Below, one piece after another: positions 27,736-42,192 of a stretch of DNA of 64,000 nt. The notes under the pieces are model-generated. The model did not search any database. It was not told where the DNA came from and was given only the letters and a program-made list of their open reading frames with translations. Origin of the DNA: Octopus sinensis. Lineage: Eukaryota. Location: assembly GCF_006345805.1 (NCBI RefSeq), contig NC_043015.1:44082001-44146000 (forward strand), in the 5' to 3' direction. A program made the translations under genes and the position numbers. The first letter of the stretch is position 1; every line of letters starts with the position of its first letter.

Positions 27736-28536
27736 TAATAAGAAGAATAAAGAACAACAGCAGCTGGAGTAGCAGCAAGAGCGATAAGTTAAGTTTGGTA
27801 ATATTTTCAATTGGGCAGAAACAGACAGAAACGATAACAGATAAAATGAACAAGATACATTAATACACAGACACACAATGATAGAAATAAGAAAAGTTAT
27901 AAAAAACAAAGCAAAACAAAAGACAAACAGACGGTGAAATAAAGAATCGTAAATTATGCTACTGAATAGGTAACTAACTAGAAAATCTTTTAGATGTCTG
28001 GAAAATCTATCCAAATCCGGCGGAACTTTTATTATTAATGAAAAGATGAAATGTTTCGAAACAAAGGTGAGAAAGAATTGGCTGTTAACACCAATAAAAG
28101 TCAATGTCTTTTTGTATTTGATGATATCAATGTTTGTAACACAAGTTAAAATGGTGGACAATCATTATTATGTCATCAAGTGCAGTGTATATACGAAATA
28201 CGTGATTTTTCTGTCTTCACATATCTTTCTCATCCTTAATATCTTATTCTTTCCTTTTCATTCAATATTCTATTCCGTTCGATTCTGTCATTGAATTCCG
28301 TTCCTTTATCCCTATCCTTTCCGTTCGATTCGTTTGTATTTGTCGCGTTTATAGAATCTTATCGGATTTCCATCAACGGAATAGTAGTTTTTCCTATGAC
28401 CTTTATCTTTATATTCTCTCTCTGTCTTTCTGTCTCTATCTCTCTCTGTCTGTATCTCCCTCTCTTTCAATAATTTACCACGAATCTATCCATCCATCTA
28501 TCTATCAGATAGATAGATGGATGCATAGATTTGTGG

Positions 28537-28631
<95 letters not shown>

Positions 28632-30070
28632 ATATATCTCTCTCTTAGCCTGTATATATAATATATATTTGTATTATATATATCATATATATATATACAT
28701 CCACCTATTTGTCTGTCTATGTCCCTTCTCGCCCACTCTTTACACGCATATTTCTATATACATAGACACACACATTCACACACACACACACACACACATA
28801 CACACACACACACGCACACATGCACACATACTTTTTTAGTTAAATATATGTGTGCATATATGCATGAACGTGTGTCTGTGCATGTATATATGAATGCGTG
28901 TACGTGTATACATACATAATACATACCTACATACATACATACATACATACATACATACATACATACATACATACATACATACATACATACATACATACAA
29001 TATATATATATATGTATATATTTATATTTATATTCGTACATACACCTCCACATAAGCAAATAACCATACTCAGGCAATGTGCTCGCAGGCATTAATACAC
29101 AACGTTACATTCATCATCGGAACGAACGTTGATTAGGAAATAACTTAATGAAGCTTCTGAGGAAAAGCAACAACAGACTTAATAAAAACAAACTAAATTC
29201 AATAAATAAATATTACTTTTACATTTTCCAGTATTAATAACCCTTACTTAGAAGCAAGCCATTTTCGATATGCTCTGGTGTATCTCAAGAAGTTTTTTTG
29301 ACTTCTTATCTATAGTATTCCATCCGTAATAAATACATACGTAAGGATACGTCTGATGATATTCCATGTGTCTATAGTTCGATAAATCGATGGTGAGATT
29401 GTTAGATTGTTCTTATTATATCAGCGTCATCGTATCTGTAGTATTATAAATAGCCAAATTCTGAAAGGACAGAATATTCTCTCTACTTCAAAGCAAGTTC
29501 CTTGACAATTTCCATTTATTTATTTATTTATTGAAATTCATTATTCCCTTGAGATGGGAATGGTTTTTCCCGTTCGTTCTCAAGGCATGCGCATAAAAAG
29601 AAATTGAACTGTCTGTCTGATTGTCTATCTGACTTTGTCTCTGTCAATCTTTCTGTCTGTCTGCCTGCCTGTCCCTCTCTCTGCCTGTCTGTCAATCTCT
29701 TTCTCTCGCGCTCTCTTTCTCTTTCTCTGCTTATCTGTCTAACTCTCTCTCTCTCTCATACATATGTCTGTGCACGTGTATATATATATGGTGCCCCAGC
29801 ATGGCCGCGGCCTTCGGGCTAAAACATTTTTTTAAGGATTTAAGGATATATATATATGTACATACCTACATCTATATGTATATATACATGCATATATGGG
29901 TACAGGACATCGAAAAAAAGGTTGAACACAGTGAGAAACGAAAACATAAAAACAAAAGCATGGAAACGAACTTTTTCTCAAACAACCAAAGAACAGAGTA
30001 CAAAATATACCACACAAGGAATATTCCCCTTCTTCAGTTGTCCCTGTTTCGTCTACTCCGCGTTCGAAGG

Positions 30071-30230
<160 letters not shown>

Positions 30231-30233
30231 TAT

Positions 30234-30337
<104 letters not shown>

Positions 30338-31559
30338 TTATCTACCTCTATTCGCAACCACTCTATTCTGATATTTCCATATTCAGACATATATTTAATA
30401 GTATTATACAAAGGTTTTCTACTTCTCACTATTCTTCTGTCTCTCCCTCCCATTGTTGCCTATTCATACCTTAGTCTTTCTTACACACTCTCCCTCTTTC
30501 GTTCTGTACTTTTCCATTTCTTTCTCCCACTTCTATCGCATTTCTTGCCTGTTTAAATGACCTTCTTTTTTTATACGTTGATCTATTCTGTCACAAATAG
30601 CACAGAATAATTTAACAACATCCATTATCAACAAAAAGGACGAGCCTAGGTTATTAACTTATTTTTCTAGTGTTGCTTTTTTTTACACCATTTACACTGA
30701 ATTTGTAATAATTAATTATTTACTTATAAGTAACTGGGCAGGAAAAAAAAGCACTTAGATGAAATGGAATAAAAAAAAATAAACGAAAACGTGCAAAAAT
30801 AGAGAAAAGGAAGACATTAAGAAGCACACTGCATCCATTATTATGAAAAAACAGACCGGACGCCGTCCATTTTATTCATTCTCATACAAGTTCAGATAGT
30901 TAACAAAAGACAAACTTCAGTGCCACCTGTTGTTCAAGATTTAGTGAAACAGGGGTGAAGGAATCAATGATGAAATGATAAAAAGCGATATTAACAATAG
31001 AGTTAGGAACTAAGCATGTATGGAAATATAGAACCCAAGACAAACATGAAAAAGAATCAAAAGAAAATGGCGGATTTTACAGATGTACACGGCGGAATGC
31101 TAATAGCTGGAAGGAAATGGCGGCTGTTGAATGTAGATAGATTCTATAGTCTTCCTTGTCCCAACCCTTTCCCCCACTTCTATTGAAACTGAAGGTGAGA
31201 ATTTCCATTCATAAACATTACATTATTGTTGTTTTTTCTCTCTCAGTTTAGTTATAATTTGAAGAAAAGTAAAGAATAAAAATAAAACAAAATAAAAACA
31301 AAACAAATGCAAAGCAAAATATGGAATAAAATAAAATAAAATATCTGAAGTAGTGACATAGGGGGAAAAATAAAGAAATATATAAATGAAAAGAAAAAGA
31401 GCACACACACGCGTGCGCACAAAGACACACACATAAAGACGCAGACACGGAAGACAGACGGAATAAAAACAAGAATAAGCAGAATACGATGAAGAGAAGG
31501 AAGGACTAGGACGGAGACGATAGCGGCGAAGACGACGATGATAATGGTGTTACATTTGC

Positions 31560-31983
31560 TGTTGCCTCTGATGATGATGATGATGATGACGACGACGACG
31601 ATGATGATGACATGATGATGATGATGATGATGATAATGATGACGACGACGATGATGAGGACATGATGATGATGATGATGATGATGAGGATGATGACGAAG
31701 ACGATGATGATGACGATGATGACATGATGATGATGATGATGATGATGATAATGATGACGACGACGATGATGAGGACATCATGATGATGATGATGATGATG
31801 ATAATGATGGTGATGAGGATGATGACGAAGACGATGATGATGACGATGATGACATGATGATGATGATGATGATGATGATAATGATGACGACGACGATGAT
31901 GAGGACATCATGATGATGATGATGATGATGATAATGATGGTGATGAGGATGATGACGAAGACGATGATGATGACGATGATGAC

Positions 31984-32020
<37 letters not shown>

Positions 32021-32128
32021 CGATGACGACGATGACGATGACGATGATGAAGACATGATGATGATGATGATGATGATGACGACGACGATGATAATGTTGT
32101 TACATTTGTTGCTGTATCTGATGATGAC

Positions 32129-32172
<44 letters not shown>

Positions 32173-32235
32173 CGACGACGACGATGATGATGATGATGAT
32201 GATGATGGTGATGATGGTGTTGATGATGATGGTGT

Positions 32236-32267
<32 letters not shown>

Positions 32268-32295
32268 GTGATGATGGTGTTGATGATGATGGTGT

Positions 32296-32327
<32 letters not shown>

Positions 32328-32340
32328 GTGATGATGGTGT

Positions 32341-32387
<47 letters not shown>

Positions 32388-32414
32388 GTGATGATGGTGT
32401 TGATGATGATGGTG

Positions 32415-32445
<31 letters not shown>

Positions 32446-32457
32446 TGATGATGGTGT

Positions 32458-32500
<43 letters not shown>
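31560..32500. repeat. Compound (GAT)n array with ~130-bp and 60-bp higher-order periods
   Basis: gacatgatga recurs at ~31721, 31851 and 31981; lines starting 32221 and 32281 are identical. Confidence 0.9.
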
Positions 32501-33066
32501 AATGGTGGCTAAAGAGGTGATTTGAATTATGCAGACTTTCGTGCGGCATCTGCTGTGCTGCTGCTGCTGCTGCTACTGCTTCTGTTAAAATGATGGTGAT
32601 AATGAAGCATGACAACAAAATTATCATAAACAGGAAAAAAAAAGGGAAAAGATTAAAAAGGGGAGCGAGGGAGAGGGGAGAAGAAAAAATACAGTACAAA
32701 TAACAAGAACCAAAGCACCAACGCCAAAGCGCAACTAAAACAACAACCGCAATGACGGCTGTGACGACGAATATACTTAATATTGATGTATTGCCAGCTC
32801 TAGGCATAGACAGATATAGGGATGAAGAGATGAAGAGGTGGAGAAAGAGAGAGAGAGAGAGAGTGAGTGGGGAAAAAGATGGAACCAAGGAAGAAAGAGA
32901 GAAGGAGAGAGGGAGAGAAAGGGAGAGAAAGGGAAAGAGAGCAACATAAAGGCACGAAGACATTTTTGTAGGTAGGTGGGTCGATAACAGATAGATAGAT
33001 AGATGATAGATACATAGATGATAAATACATAAATAAGTAAATAGATAGATAGATAGACAGACAGAC

Positions 33067-33111
<45 letters not shown>

Positions 33112-33187
33112 TAGCTAGATAGATAGATAGATAGATAGATAGAGATAGATAGGTAGGTAGGTAGGTAGGTAGATAGATATATAGATT

Positions 33188-33225
<38 letters not shown>

Positions 33226-35324
33226 GAGATTGATAGGTAGACAGACAGACAGACCGATAGATAGATAAACAGATATGTAGACGGACACACAGATAGATAG
33301 ATAAGCAGATGGATAGACATACATACAGATATATAAATAGATAGATAGATAGGTAGGTAGATAGACAGATAGGCTGACTGTTAGACAGACATTCAAGACT
33401 ATTGGATTGATAAGTGGATACCTAGATGGAGAAGATTAGTTACACCAATAAGTAGATAGATGAATAGACAGATGAATGGATAGATAGGTGTATAACAGAG
33501 AGGAAGAGATAGATCGATAGATAAATAGATAGATAGATGGATAGATAGATACATAGATAGAGAGAGAGATAAGACGGTACATATGTCGATAGACTGATAT
33601 GCATATATATATATTTGATATATAAACAGACCACCAGATAAATATATAGATAGGTAGATATATAGGTAGATAGATAGGCAGATAAATAGATAGCTAGATT
33701 GATAAATAGACAGATAGACAGACGGACAGAGAAACAGATAAATAAACAGGTGGATGGATGGATAAAGCTATATTGAGGAAAGAAAACAGACTGAAAAGGG
33801 TGTGGTTAAAAGGCACGCAATAACACGTTTGTGAAAATGTCTGCCGCTAGGTTATTTGGCTGGTCGGTTGACTTAAATGACGGGTTGGCCGATTGGTTGG
33901 TCGGTCGGTCGGTCGGTTAGTCGGGCTGTTTGGGTTGTGGTTCGTGTGTTGAGTGCGGGCGGGGATAAGCAGGAACAATTGGAACAAAACAAAGCACGTG
34001 TCTTTATCTATTGTCCGCCATCACGTCTTTTTATTTTCATGTTCCAACACATCCGACCCTGCACTTCTCTATCCGCTCCTACTCTTCCTCCTCCTCCTCC
34101 TCCGCCTCCTCTTACTTCACTTCCTTTCCCAACAACTCGCAATGTTCCTCTTCTAGTACACATCATTCATAATGCAACTTTATCGATAGATTTTCGGAAG
34201 TGCTTTTCAGTCAAAGATGAAAGTGATGGGGAAATACTAACGTATATATATATGATTGTTTATACGTGTGTGTGCGTTTGTGTGTGTTCATATGTCTGCG
34301 TATATGTATATACGTACATATGTACACACACACACACACAAACACATATGGACATGAGCATACGTACATACAAGTGTAGATGAATACATACACATATATT
34401 CACATAGACACATGCACGCAGGCAGATATTGAGTAAATATATGTACAAATACTCAACAAGCACTCCAAGATGTCTCAACAGTTACTTGTATGTATGTATG
34501 TATGTATGTATGTAAGTATGTATGTATGTATGCATATATATATATGTATATATGTACGTATGAATGTATGTATGTATGCATACATGCATGTATATATATA
34601 TATATATATATATTTATATGTATGTACATATGTACGTATGAATGTATGTATCTATGTATGCATGAATATAATTATGTATGAACATATTTATGTACGTATG
34701 TGTATGTTTGCTAGTATATATGTAAATATGTGTGTATGAATGCCTATAAGTATATATGTGTGTATGAATATACTGTATTATATATGTATTAATATATATT
34801 TATGTATGTATTCATGAATGTATGTAGTTATGGATGAATGTATATATATGCATAAATGTATGCGTGAATGAATGTATATATGTATGTATGTATGAATGTA
34901 TGTTGGCATGAGTGAATGCATTTATGTATATATGTGTGCATGAATATCTGTATGCATGCATACAAATATAAATTAATGCCTATATATATATGAATTTATG
35001 TATGCATGCATGGAAATATGAATCATTGCATATACATTTTATATATATGTGTGTGTGTGTGTATGTGCTAGTTTATGAATATATCTATGTATGCATCTAT
35101 CTATCTATCGTATAACACACATATACTTATAACAATTTATCCAGAGTGGAGCATAAGCATGCTTTAAAGCATGCATCATCCTGTCGACATGTTGACCTTT
35201 CATGGCAATCATTTCACTTCAGACATAACCGAACATCTATGCAGGATTTGTATACAAATACACATGTACATATAAATATACATATATATATTTGTATGTA
35301 TATATATATATATATATATATAAT

Positions 35325-35358
<34 letters not shown>

Positions 35359-35376
35359 ATAATATATATATATAGC

Positions 35377-35542
35377 AGGAGTGGCTGTGTGGTAAGTAGC
35401 TTGTTTACCAACCACATGGTTCCGGGTTCAGTCCTACTGCGTGGCACCTTGGGCAAGTGTCTTCTACTATAGCCTCGGGCCGACCATAGCCTTGCGAGTG
35501 GATTTGGTAGACGGAAACTGAAAGAAGCCCGTCGTATATATG

Positions 35543-35573
<31 letters not shown>

Positions 35574-35942
35574 ATGTGTGTGCGTGTATGTTTGTGTGGC
35601 TGTGTGGTAGGAAGCTTGATTCCCAACTACATGCTTTCACGTTCAGTCCCACTGTGAGGCATCTTGGGTGAATGTCTCCTACTATAATAAAGCCGTCTTA
35701 GTGAATTTGGTTGACGGTAACTGAAAGAAACCCATCGTGTGTGTGTATTTATAGCGGTCCGGTAAATGCGAGCGATGGAATCAGTACCAGTTTCAGTTTC
35801 TGTCTACCAAATCCACTCACAAGGCTTTGGTGTACCCGAGGCGATAGTAGAAGACACTTGCCCAAGGTGCCACGCTGTGGGACTGAACCAGGAGCCATGC
35901 GGTTGGTAAGCAAGCTACTTACCACACAGCCTCTCCTGCGCC
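35377..35942. mobile_element. Cluster of three family C SINE heads (35377-35537 +, 35596-35740 +, 35790-35942 -)
   Basis: Same head as 26715-26878; other copies at 58482-58593 (+), ~14195-14312 (-) and ~15455-15572 (-). Confidence 0.8.
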
Positions 35943-36984
35943 TATGATTACATTAATTTTTGAAAATGGAATGTATTTTAATGAACACTGACTTTATAAT
36001 CATTAAATACGCGTGGAAATTTTTTTCGACAAGCTAAGATTACCAAATCAGAGAAGAATAGAGGAGATATAAGTCTTATATTCATTCTTTTATTCATTCA
36101 TTCACCAGAGTACATGTCTCTTTCCAGTCAGAGGAACACCTATCACGATTCGACCCAGCATCATAGATTTAGCGATGGTTTTTTTTCTCGATGGTTTGTC
36201 ATTACTCGTCACGATATGCCTGATGGATGGCAAGGGTGCTTTAGACATACCCGGACGAAATTTGACTCACAGACGAAGCGAGCTGGAATAAACACTGCAA
36301 CGACACCGATATTCTAACAGGTCTACCACTCCACCACGCTGGATTAGTTCTTTTTTCTAAGGTCCCAAAGGGTTGAAAGTTAAAGTGAACCACGACCTGA
36401 TTCCATCTGAGGCTGCAGAGGATCAAAGAAATAGTGAAAGACATTCTATCCGATCTTCTAAAGGCTTTCCCAATACTCCGGCTTTTTGATAATCATTTAC
36501 ATTTGTGGATTTTATTCACCAAGGCAAATAAAATGAAAGTGGTCGCAGAATATTGAATTACAATTGTGCTACGAACTTCTTTTCATATCAGACTTGAAGT
36601 ATTACGATTTCTCTCTTGCAAAATCATCGATAATAACTTTAACATCTGTCAGATCAGAACACAATAGCTTAATACGATACAGGAAACGAGTAGTTAAAGG
36701 CGAAACTTGAAGTCCCACTTATCTAATATTGGTTTCAAAATTTGACACACGGCCAGTTATTTCTAGGGAGGGATTAAGTTGATTACATCGACTCCAATAC
36801 TCAAGAGGTGCTTATTTTATCGACGCCGAAAATATGTAAGGGAAAGTCGAGCTCGGCGGAATTTGAATTCAGAACATAAAAATGGATGAAATACAGCTAA
36901 ACATTTTGCCCGGGGAGCAAACGATTCTGCCGGCTCGCCACGTTAACCTAATATAATACTGAGTTTCAAATTCTGGCACAGGCC

Positions 36985-37150
36985 AGCAAGATGCTGGTGT
37001 GTTTACGTTCCCGAAACTTAGCCGTTCGGCAAAAGAGACCGACAGAATAAGTACTAGGCTTACAAAAGAATAAGTCCTAGGGTCGATTTGCTCGGCTAAA
37101 AGGCGGTGCTCCAGCACGGCCTCAGTCAAAGGACTGAAAGAAGTAAAGAA
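36985..37150 (+). mobile_element. SINE D-tail fragment
   Basis: gaataagtactaggcttacaaa.gaataagtcct.gggtcgatttgctcg; other copies at 38388-38500 (+), 41262-41390 (+), 41166-41227 (-), 53329-53478 (-) and 29788-29825. Confidence 0.75.
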
Positions 37151-38256
37151 AGAAAGAAATATACACGTATATGAAACAAGTGTGCGCACGAAATATTACT
37201 CCGAGACGTAGACATCAAACTTTAAAAAAATTAAGTGTAAGTGAGGTAACATTGGACATATAACATATATTATGTTCCCGTTCTTGTTATTGTTTTTGAG
37301 CTCTAGTTAGTTCCAATTGTAAATTCCCTAGCTCATTGCTGGAAATATATTTTCCAATGCCTTGATTTATATTTTTCAAAGCGTTAGAATGTGATTAGGG
37401 AAGAATCTAGTTATTTTTACAAGAAGTTTGAACAACTGATTGAAAGTAGAAGTTATTTTGTTGGCTGGAGAAGTTTCATCGTTAACTCATCATGTATATA
37501 GTTCAGATAATTTCGAACACAAGTAGTGATGACCTGGCGAGAATGCATAAAATGAAGTTCCGTCTGTCATGAAATGTTTTCTTACACTAAATGCTCAAAT
37601 ACATTTGTCAATAGTTGTTATATAGATTTCACGGTCGAAACCATCGCGAATAGACCATTAAAACTATCGGCCATCAAATACTAATACTAATTGTGAGAGA
37701 TAGCAGGACTGTCTCAGGAAATAATATCTAATGATACTAAATAGTCTTTAACGGTTTTAGTAGGAAACTTGTCATTATTGAGTTTGTTTCATCCTTCGTG
37801 TGACGATAAAATATACTACCAGAGAAATACTAAAAGTTGATTAAATCGTCGAAATAAACGGTAGATTGGCAGAATCGTTAGAGAACCGAACAAAATAACC
37901 TGCCGGTAAAACTGCTATTCCAAGTTCCTAGAGAATATCTCTAGGCTATTTCCGTTAGTATGCAGTGACAATTTTCGCGGATTAGTGAACAAGTTAAATG
38001 TGAGCTGACAGTACTATCGTCATCAACGGCTGGCTTGTCTTTCCCGATAGAATCACGAAACGTACGTTTCGTTACATTCTGAGTTAAAAGGCCATTGATG
38101 TCAAAATTACATTTAACTTTTTCGGGGTCGAAAAGTACAATGGGCATTATATATTTTTATAACCCTACCTGAATGTCAATGAATTAAAAAGAAAACACAC
38201 CGTCTAAAATTTGTGGTCATGTGCTTTTTTTAAGAAAATATTATTTATTTACTTAC

Positions 38257-38323
38257 CGTCGACACCAAACTCTCGCGTAACCTCTACGACGCCATTATTG
38301 ACGGAACATTTGATAACTAGATC
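38257..38323 (-). pseudogene. Partial duplicate of the 3' end of the Ig exon, with its splice donor
   Basis: Matches ~38842-38920 with a 12-nt in-frame deletion and a few substitutions (DLVIKCSVNNGVVEVTREFGVD|GTAAGT); no credible acceptor. Confidence 0.8.
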
Positions 38324-38841
38324 TCTATATATATGTATATATATGTGTTTGTGTGTCTGTATTTGTCCCCCCAACATCCCCCCAACATCGATAGAATAAA
38401 TACTAGGTTTACAAAGAATATGTCCTGGGGTCGATTTGCTCGACTAAAGGCGTTGCTCCAGCATGGCTGCAGTCAAATGACTGAAACAAGTAAAAGAGTA
38501 AGAGTATTCATCAAATATAGTTTTTTGAAAACCTGAATACGGTTAAAGATATTCCACGCGTGACGACACCATCTTTCATTTTAAACATAGTATATTCATG
38601 ATTACCCTATTGATCTAATTTGTCCTGTCTTTGTCAAGACAGTACGCTAGATTTCGGTGAGATTTCGCTGACTATTTCTAGCAGACGGGACGACCACATG
38701 CAAGCCCCACTGTTGGCTCGACTGTCTTAATGCTCAATTCGTGTTTTCCTTTTTAAATTAATAATCAAACTTTTCAACCATTCAACGATGCTTGCATTGA
38801 TATCTACATACAGAGATAAAATTGAAAAGAAGAGCACTTAC

Positions 38842-39177
38842 CGTCGACACCAAACTCTCCCGTAACCTCCACGGTATTACCATCGACGCCATTATTGACG
38901 GAACATTTGATGACTAAATCGATATCAACTTTCGTTAATATATAATGAAGGGTACTGCTTCGATGATACTGACATGATGTTCTGTTAAGTCGTGGTTCCG
39001 TTTGGTTGATGTTTTCGCCACAGAGGCGAATCCAACCGCTGTCTTGACGTCGCTGACGATACCACGTGATGTTACCGGGTGGGTTTCCAACCATACCGCC
39101 GCATCGTATTTCTAATAAGACATCCGTGTGAGGCACTGTGTTGTTTATATTTTCCATCTTGAGAGGACCTGGTTTTG
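38842..39177 (-). CDS. Immunoglobulin-like (C2/I-set-like) domain exon
   Basis: Acceptor tctttctctcgtttcag and donor GTAAGT; 336 nt, phase 1-1. Translation AKPGPLKM...IRCGGMVGNPPGNITWY...SSTLHYILTKVDIDLVIKCSVNN...GEFGVD shows B-strand Cys, C-strand Trp, F-strand Cys, a second Cys pair and four N-x-T sequons. Confidence 0.9.
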
Positions 39178-39218
39178 CTGAAACGAGAGAAAGACGGTGA
39201 TAATGTTATTTAATATGT

Positions 39219-39280
<62 letters not shown>

Positions 39281-39431
39281 TTGAAAAGCTGAACGCGAAA
39301 CTGGTCTTTCTTCAAAAACTATGTCATTGTATGAAAAAAATTTATAACATTCTTCTGACATAATGACTCAAATATATATTTTTTTAACCTTTTAAAACAA
39401 GCCTTCTGTAGTTTTTTCACTTTTTACTATT

Positions 39432-39466
<35 letters not shown>

Positions 39467-39561
39467 ATCCAAACATGAAAACACAAAAAGAAAACACAAC
39501 AACGCGAGGACGTGGAACAAATATAGTGTTATTGGACGCTCAGGAAAGGAAGGAAAGAAGG

Positions 39562-39600
39562 GGGATTTAACGTTTCGAGCGGAGCTCTTCGTCAGAAACA
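39562..39600 (-). ncRNA. Minimal type-I hammerhead-ribozyme-like motif
   Basis: ttt-CUGACGA-A-GAGC-ucc-GCUC-GAAA-CGUU-aaa; palindromic reduced stem III. Activity untested. Confidence 0.55.
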
Positions 39601-39987
39601 TAGGAAAAGGAAAGATCCAAGGAAGGGAAGACGGAGGAAAAAAATCGCAAACGACAATAGAAAATGGAGATATTCAATATTCAATTCAAAAATTAAAATT
39701 TATTAGCATAATATTATCTTATATTATATTCTTATAATAATATAATATAATATAATATAATATAATATAATATAATATAATATAATATAATATAATATGA
39801 TATAATATAATAAATAATAAATACAAATTACATATAATTGTTTCGATTCTTACCCATAATATGTATGTATGCGAGTAATTTATATTGATAAATTCAAAAT
39901 TCAAAATTCATTAGAAAGTCAATTTCACTTTACAAATGTCTGACAAATAGAAAAGACATACTAACAGTTACAATTGTAAAGTTTCAG

Positions 39988-40027
<40 letters not shown>

Positions 40028-40522
40028 AAAGGCGATTAAAGTATCCAGGCAGATAACAGTAAAGCACACATTGCTAAACTAAGTTGGTTTACTATATCAA
40101 ACAGATACTAATAAATCTAAGTAAATAAAACTTTCAAGGTAATTATTCACGTATGACAAGTAAATCCAAATATTGTTTAGAAGAATTTCTAGAAAGTCAG
40201 AGTATAAGATAACAAAATATGAATAGTGAAAATCATAAAAGCCGGATACCAAACTAGTTTTTTTTATTAGAATATTATATTTACTTATATCATTATTTTT
40301 GCATGCGTTGTATGCAAGGGATAATTTCTTAGTTCATTTTGAATTCAAGTAATTTTAGATTGCCTTCATAACGTTGTGTCAACATGTATATACGGACATA
40401 TCAATCTGATATTTTCTGTGTCTAAATATGTCGATAAACGGAAACGATCATCGATATTGTATGGTGGATTCACCAATTAAAAATGGGATTTTCTCCATTC
40501 TTATTTTTGTTATATATATATA

Positions 40523-40914
40523 CTAGCAGTATCGCCCGGCGTTGCTCGGGTTTGTAAGGGAAATAACTATATAAGCATTTTTAGAGAGTTATAGCCAAAA
40601 AATAGCAAAAAATGCATTAAAAATGGAAAAAAATTATGGTAAATTTTTTTTTAAATCGTTGACTCATCGAAGACATTTTTAGAGAGTTACTTCCTGTATA
40701 TAATAGCGGAAAAATGCATTAAAATGGAAAAAAATGATGGTGATTTTTTTTTTAAACGTAGACTCATCGTAGACGCGCGCTAATACCCAGAAGGGCTCGA
40801 TATGAATGACGACTATAAGATACCCGGTTTTGGTTAAACTGCACCGCAAAATGTGGGAGTAGTTAGGAATCTAAATCGTAGGAGACAGACACAGAACCTC
40901 TCTTTTATATATAA

Positions 40915-40917
<3 letters not shown>
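40523..40917 (-). mobile_element. Non-autonomous Helitron (395 bp)
   Basis: On the minus strand: A|TC 5' end, subterminal hairpin cccgagcaacgccggg, CTAG|T 3' end, no TSD; internal ~95-bp duplication. Confidence 0.8.
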
Positions 40918-40953
<36 letters not shown>

Positions 40954-41823
40954 GGAGAGTTTACGAAAAAAACAACAAAAGACGAAGACAGATGGTGTAC
41001 AAAACTAACAGATGTATTAGTATAACGCTCAGCAATAGAAAAATATTTTACGTTTCGAGTCTATGCTCTTCTACAGAAAGGGACACAGAAAAAAACAAGG
41101 AGAGAAACAAGGAGAGAAAAATGTGTAGTGGTTAACGATCTATCATGGCGTCTATATATATATATATACTCCTTTACTCTTTTACTTTCTTCAGTAATTT
41201 GACAACGGCCATGCTGGAGTACTACCCATAACATAGTTCGCAAGAAGATTCAGCGCGGCAAAAAGGACCGATAGAATAAGTACTAGGCTTACAAAGAATA
41301 AGTCCTGGGGTCGATTTGCTCGACTAAAGCCGCTGCTCCAGCATGGCTGCAGTCAAATAACTGAAACAAGTAAAAGAGTGAAAGAGTATATGTGCGTGTG
41401 TATGTGTGTGTTTGTGTGTGTGTGTAATAGATAACAATGAAATGTGGAGCTGTAGTAGAAATGCAAATAAAAAACAAAACATGCTGGAATCAATAATTCC
41501 CAAAGATTTTTTTCCAAAATTTGTCAGCATTTTCCAGCGATCTGTTACGCTCTATTACCTTCTGTGATTAGAAAATGCTGTCGAAGGTGAACTTTCTTTT
41601 TTTTTTATTATTATTATTATTATTTTATTATTTTTTTTTTTTGCATTTCACGCCTTTTGTGTCAGCAAATGTACCGTCGTGTAAAAGATGTATAATTGTT
41701 TTCGATCGAACCGTCACCCTGCCGTCCATACCTCTTTTCCTCGAAGCATGCAATCATACGCTGCCTCCGCAGCTACGAATCTGTGATCGTGTGTCAAATC
41801 TGAGCAATCATTATCATTTAATA

Positions 41824-41854
<31 letters not shown>

Positions 41855-41875
41855 ATACTAATACTTCTTTTTCTT

Positions 41876-41906
<31 letters not shown>

Positions 41907-41924
41907 TTATTATTATTATTATTA

Positions 41925-42147
41925 TGGCGGCGAGCTGACAGAATCGTTAGCACGCCGGGCGAAATAATTACCAGCATTTCGTCAGCCGCTACGTTCTGAG
42001 TTCAAATTCTGCCGTGGTCGACTTTGCCATTCATCCTTTCGGGATCGATAAATTAAGAACCAGTCGAAGACAGGGGTCGATGTGATCGACTCATCCCCTC
42101 CCCCAAAATGGTCCCGCTTGCGACAAAATTCGAAACCATTCTTCTTC

Positions 42148-42150
<3 letters not shown>
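41925..42150 (+). mobile_element. SINE family A (shares private variants with 48797-49005)
   Basis: Full copy between (TTC)n/(ATT)n arrays. Confidence 0.85.

Positions 42151-42192
<42 letters not shown>

Noticed and set aside
29200-29460. Strong minus-strand acceptor (tattctgtcctttcag) at ~29461
   Set aside because: All three frames hit stops within ~15 codons.
29870-30070. (TA)n-flanked unit containing CUGAAGA on the minus strand
   Set aside because: No correctly placed GAAA or NUH, so it was not called a hammerhead. A similarly decayed candidate at ~23875-23920 was also left uncalled.
33877-34383. 168-aa ORF with poly-Pro
   Set aside because: Built from (CCT)n and (TG)n repeats; no domain or splice support.
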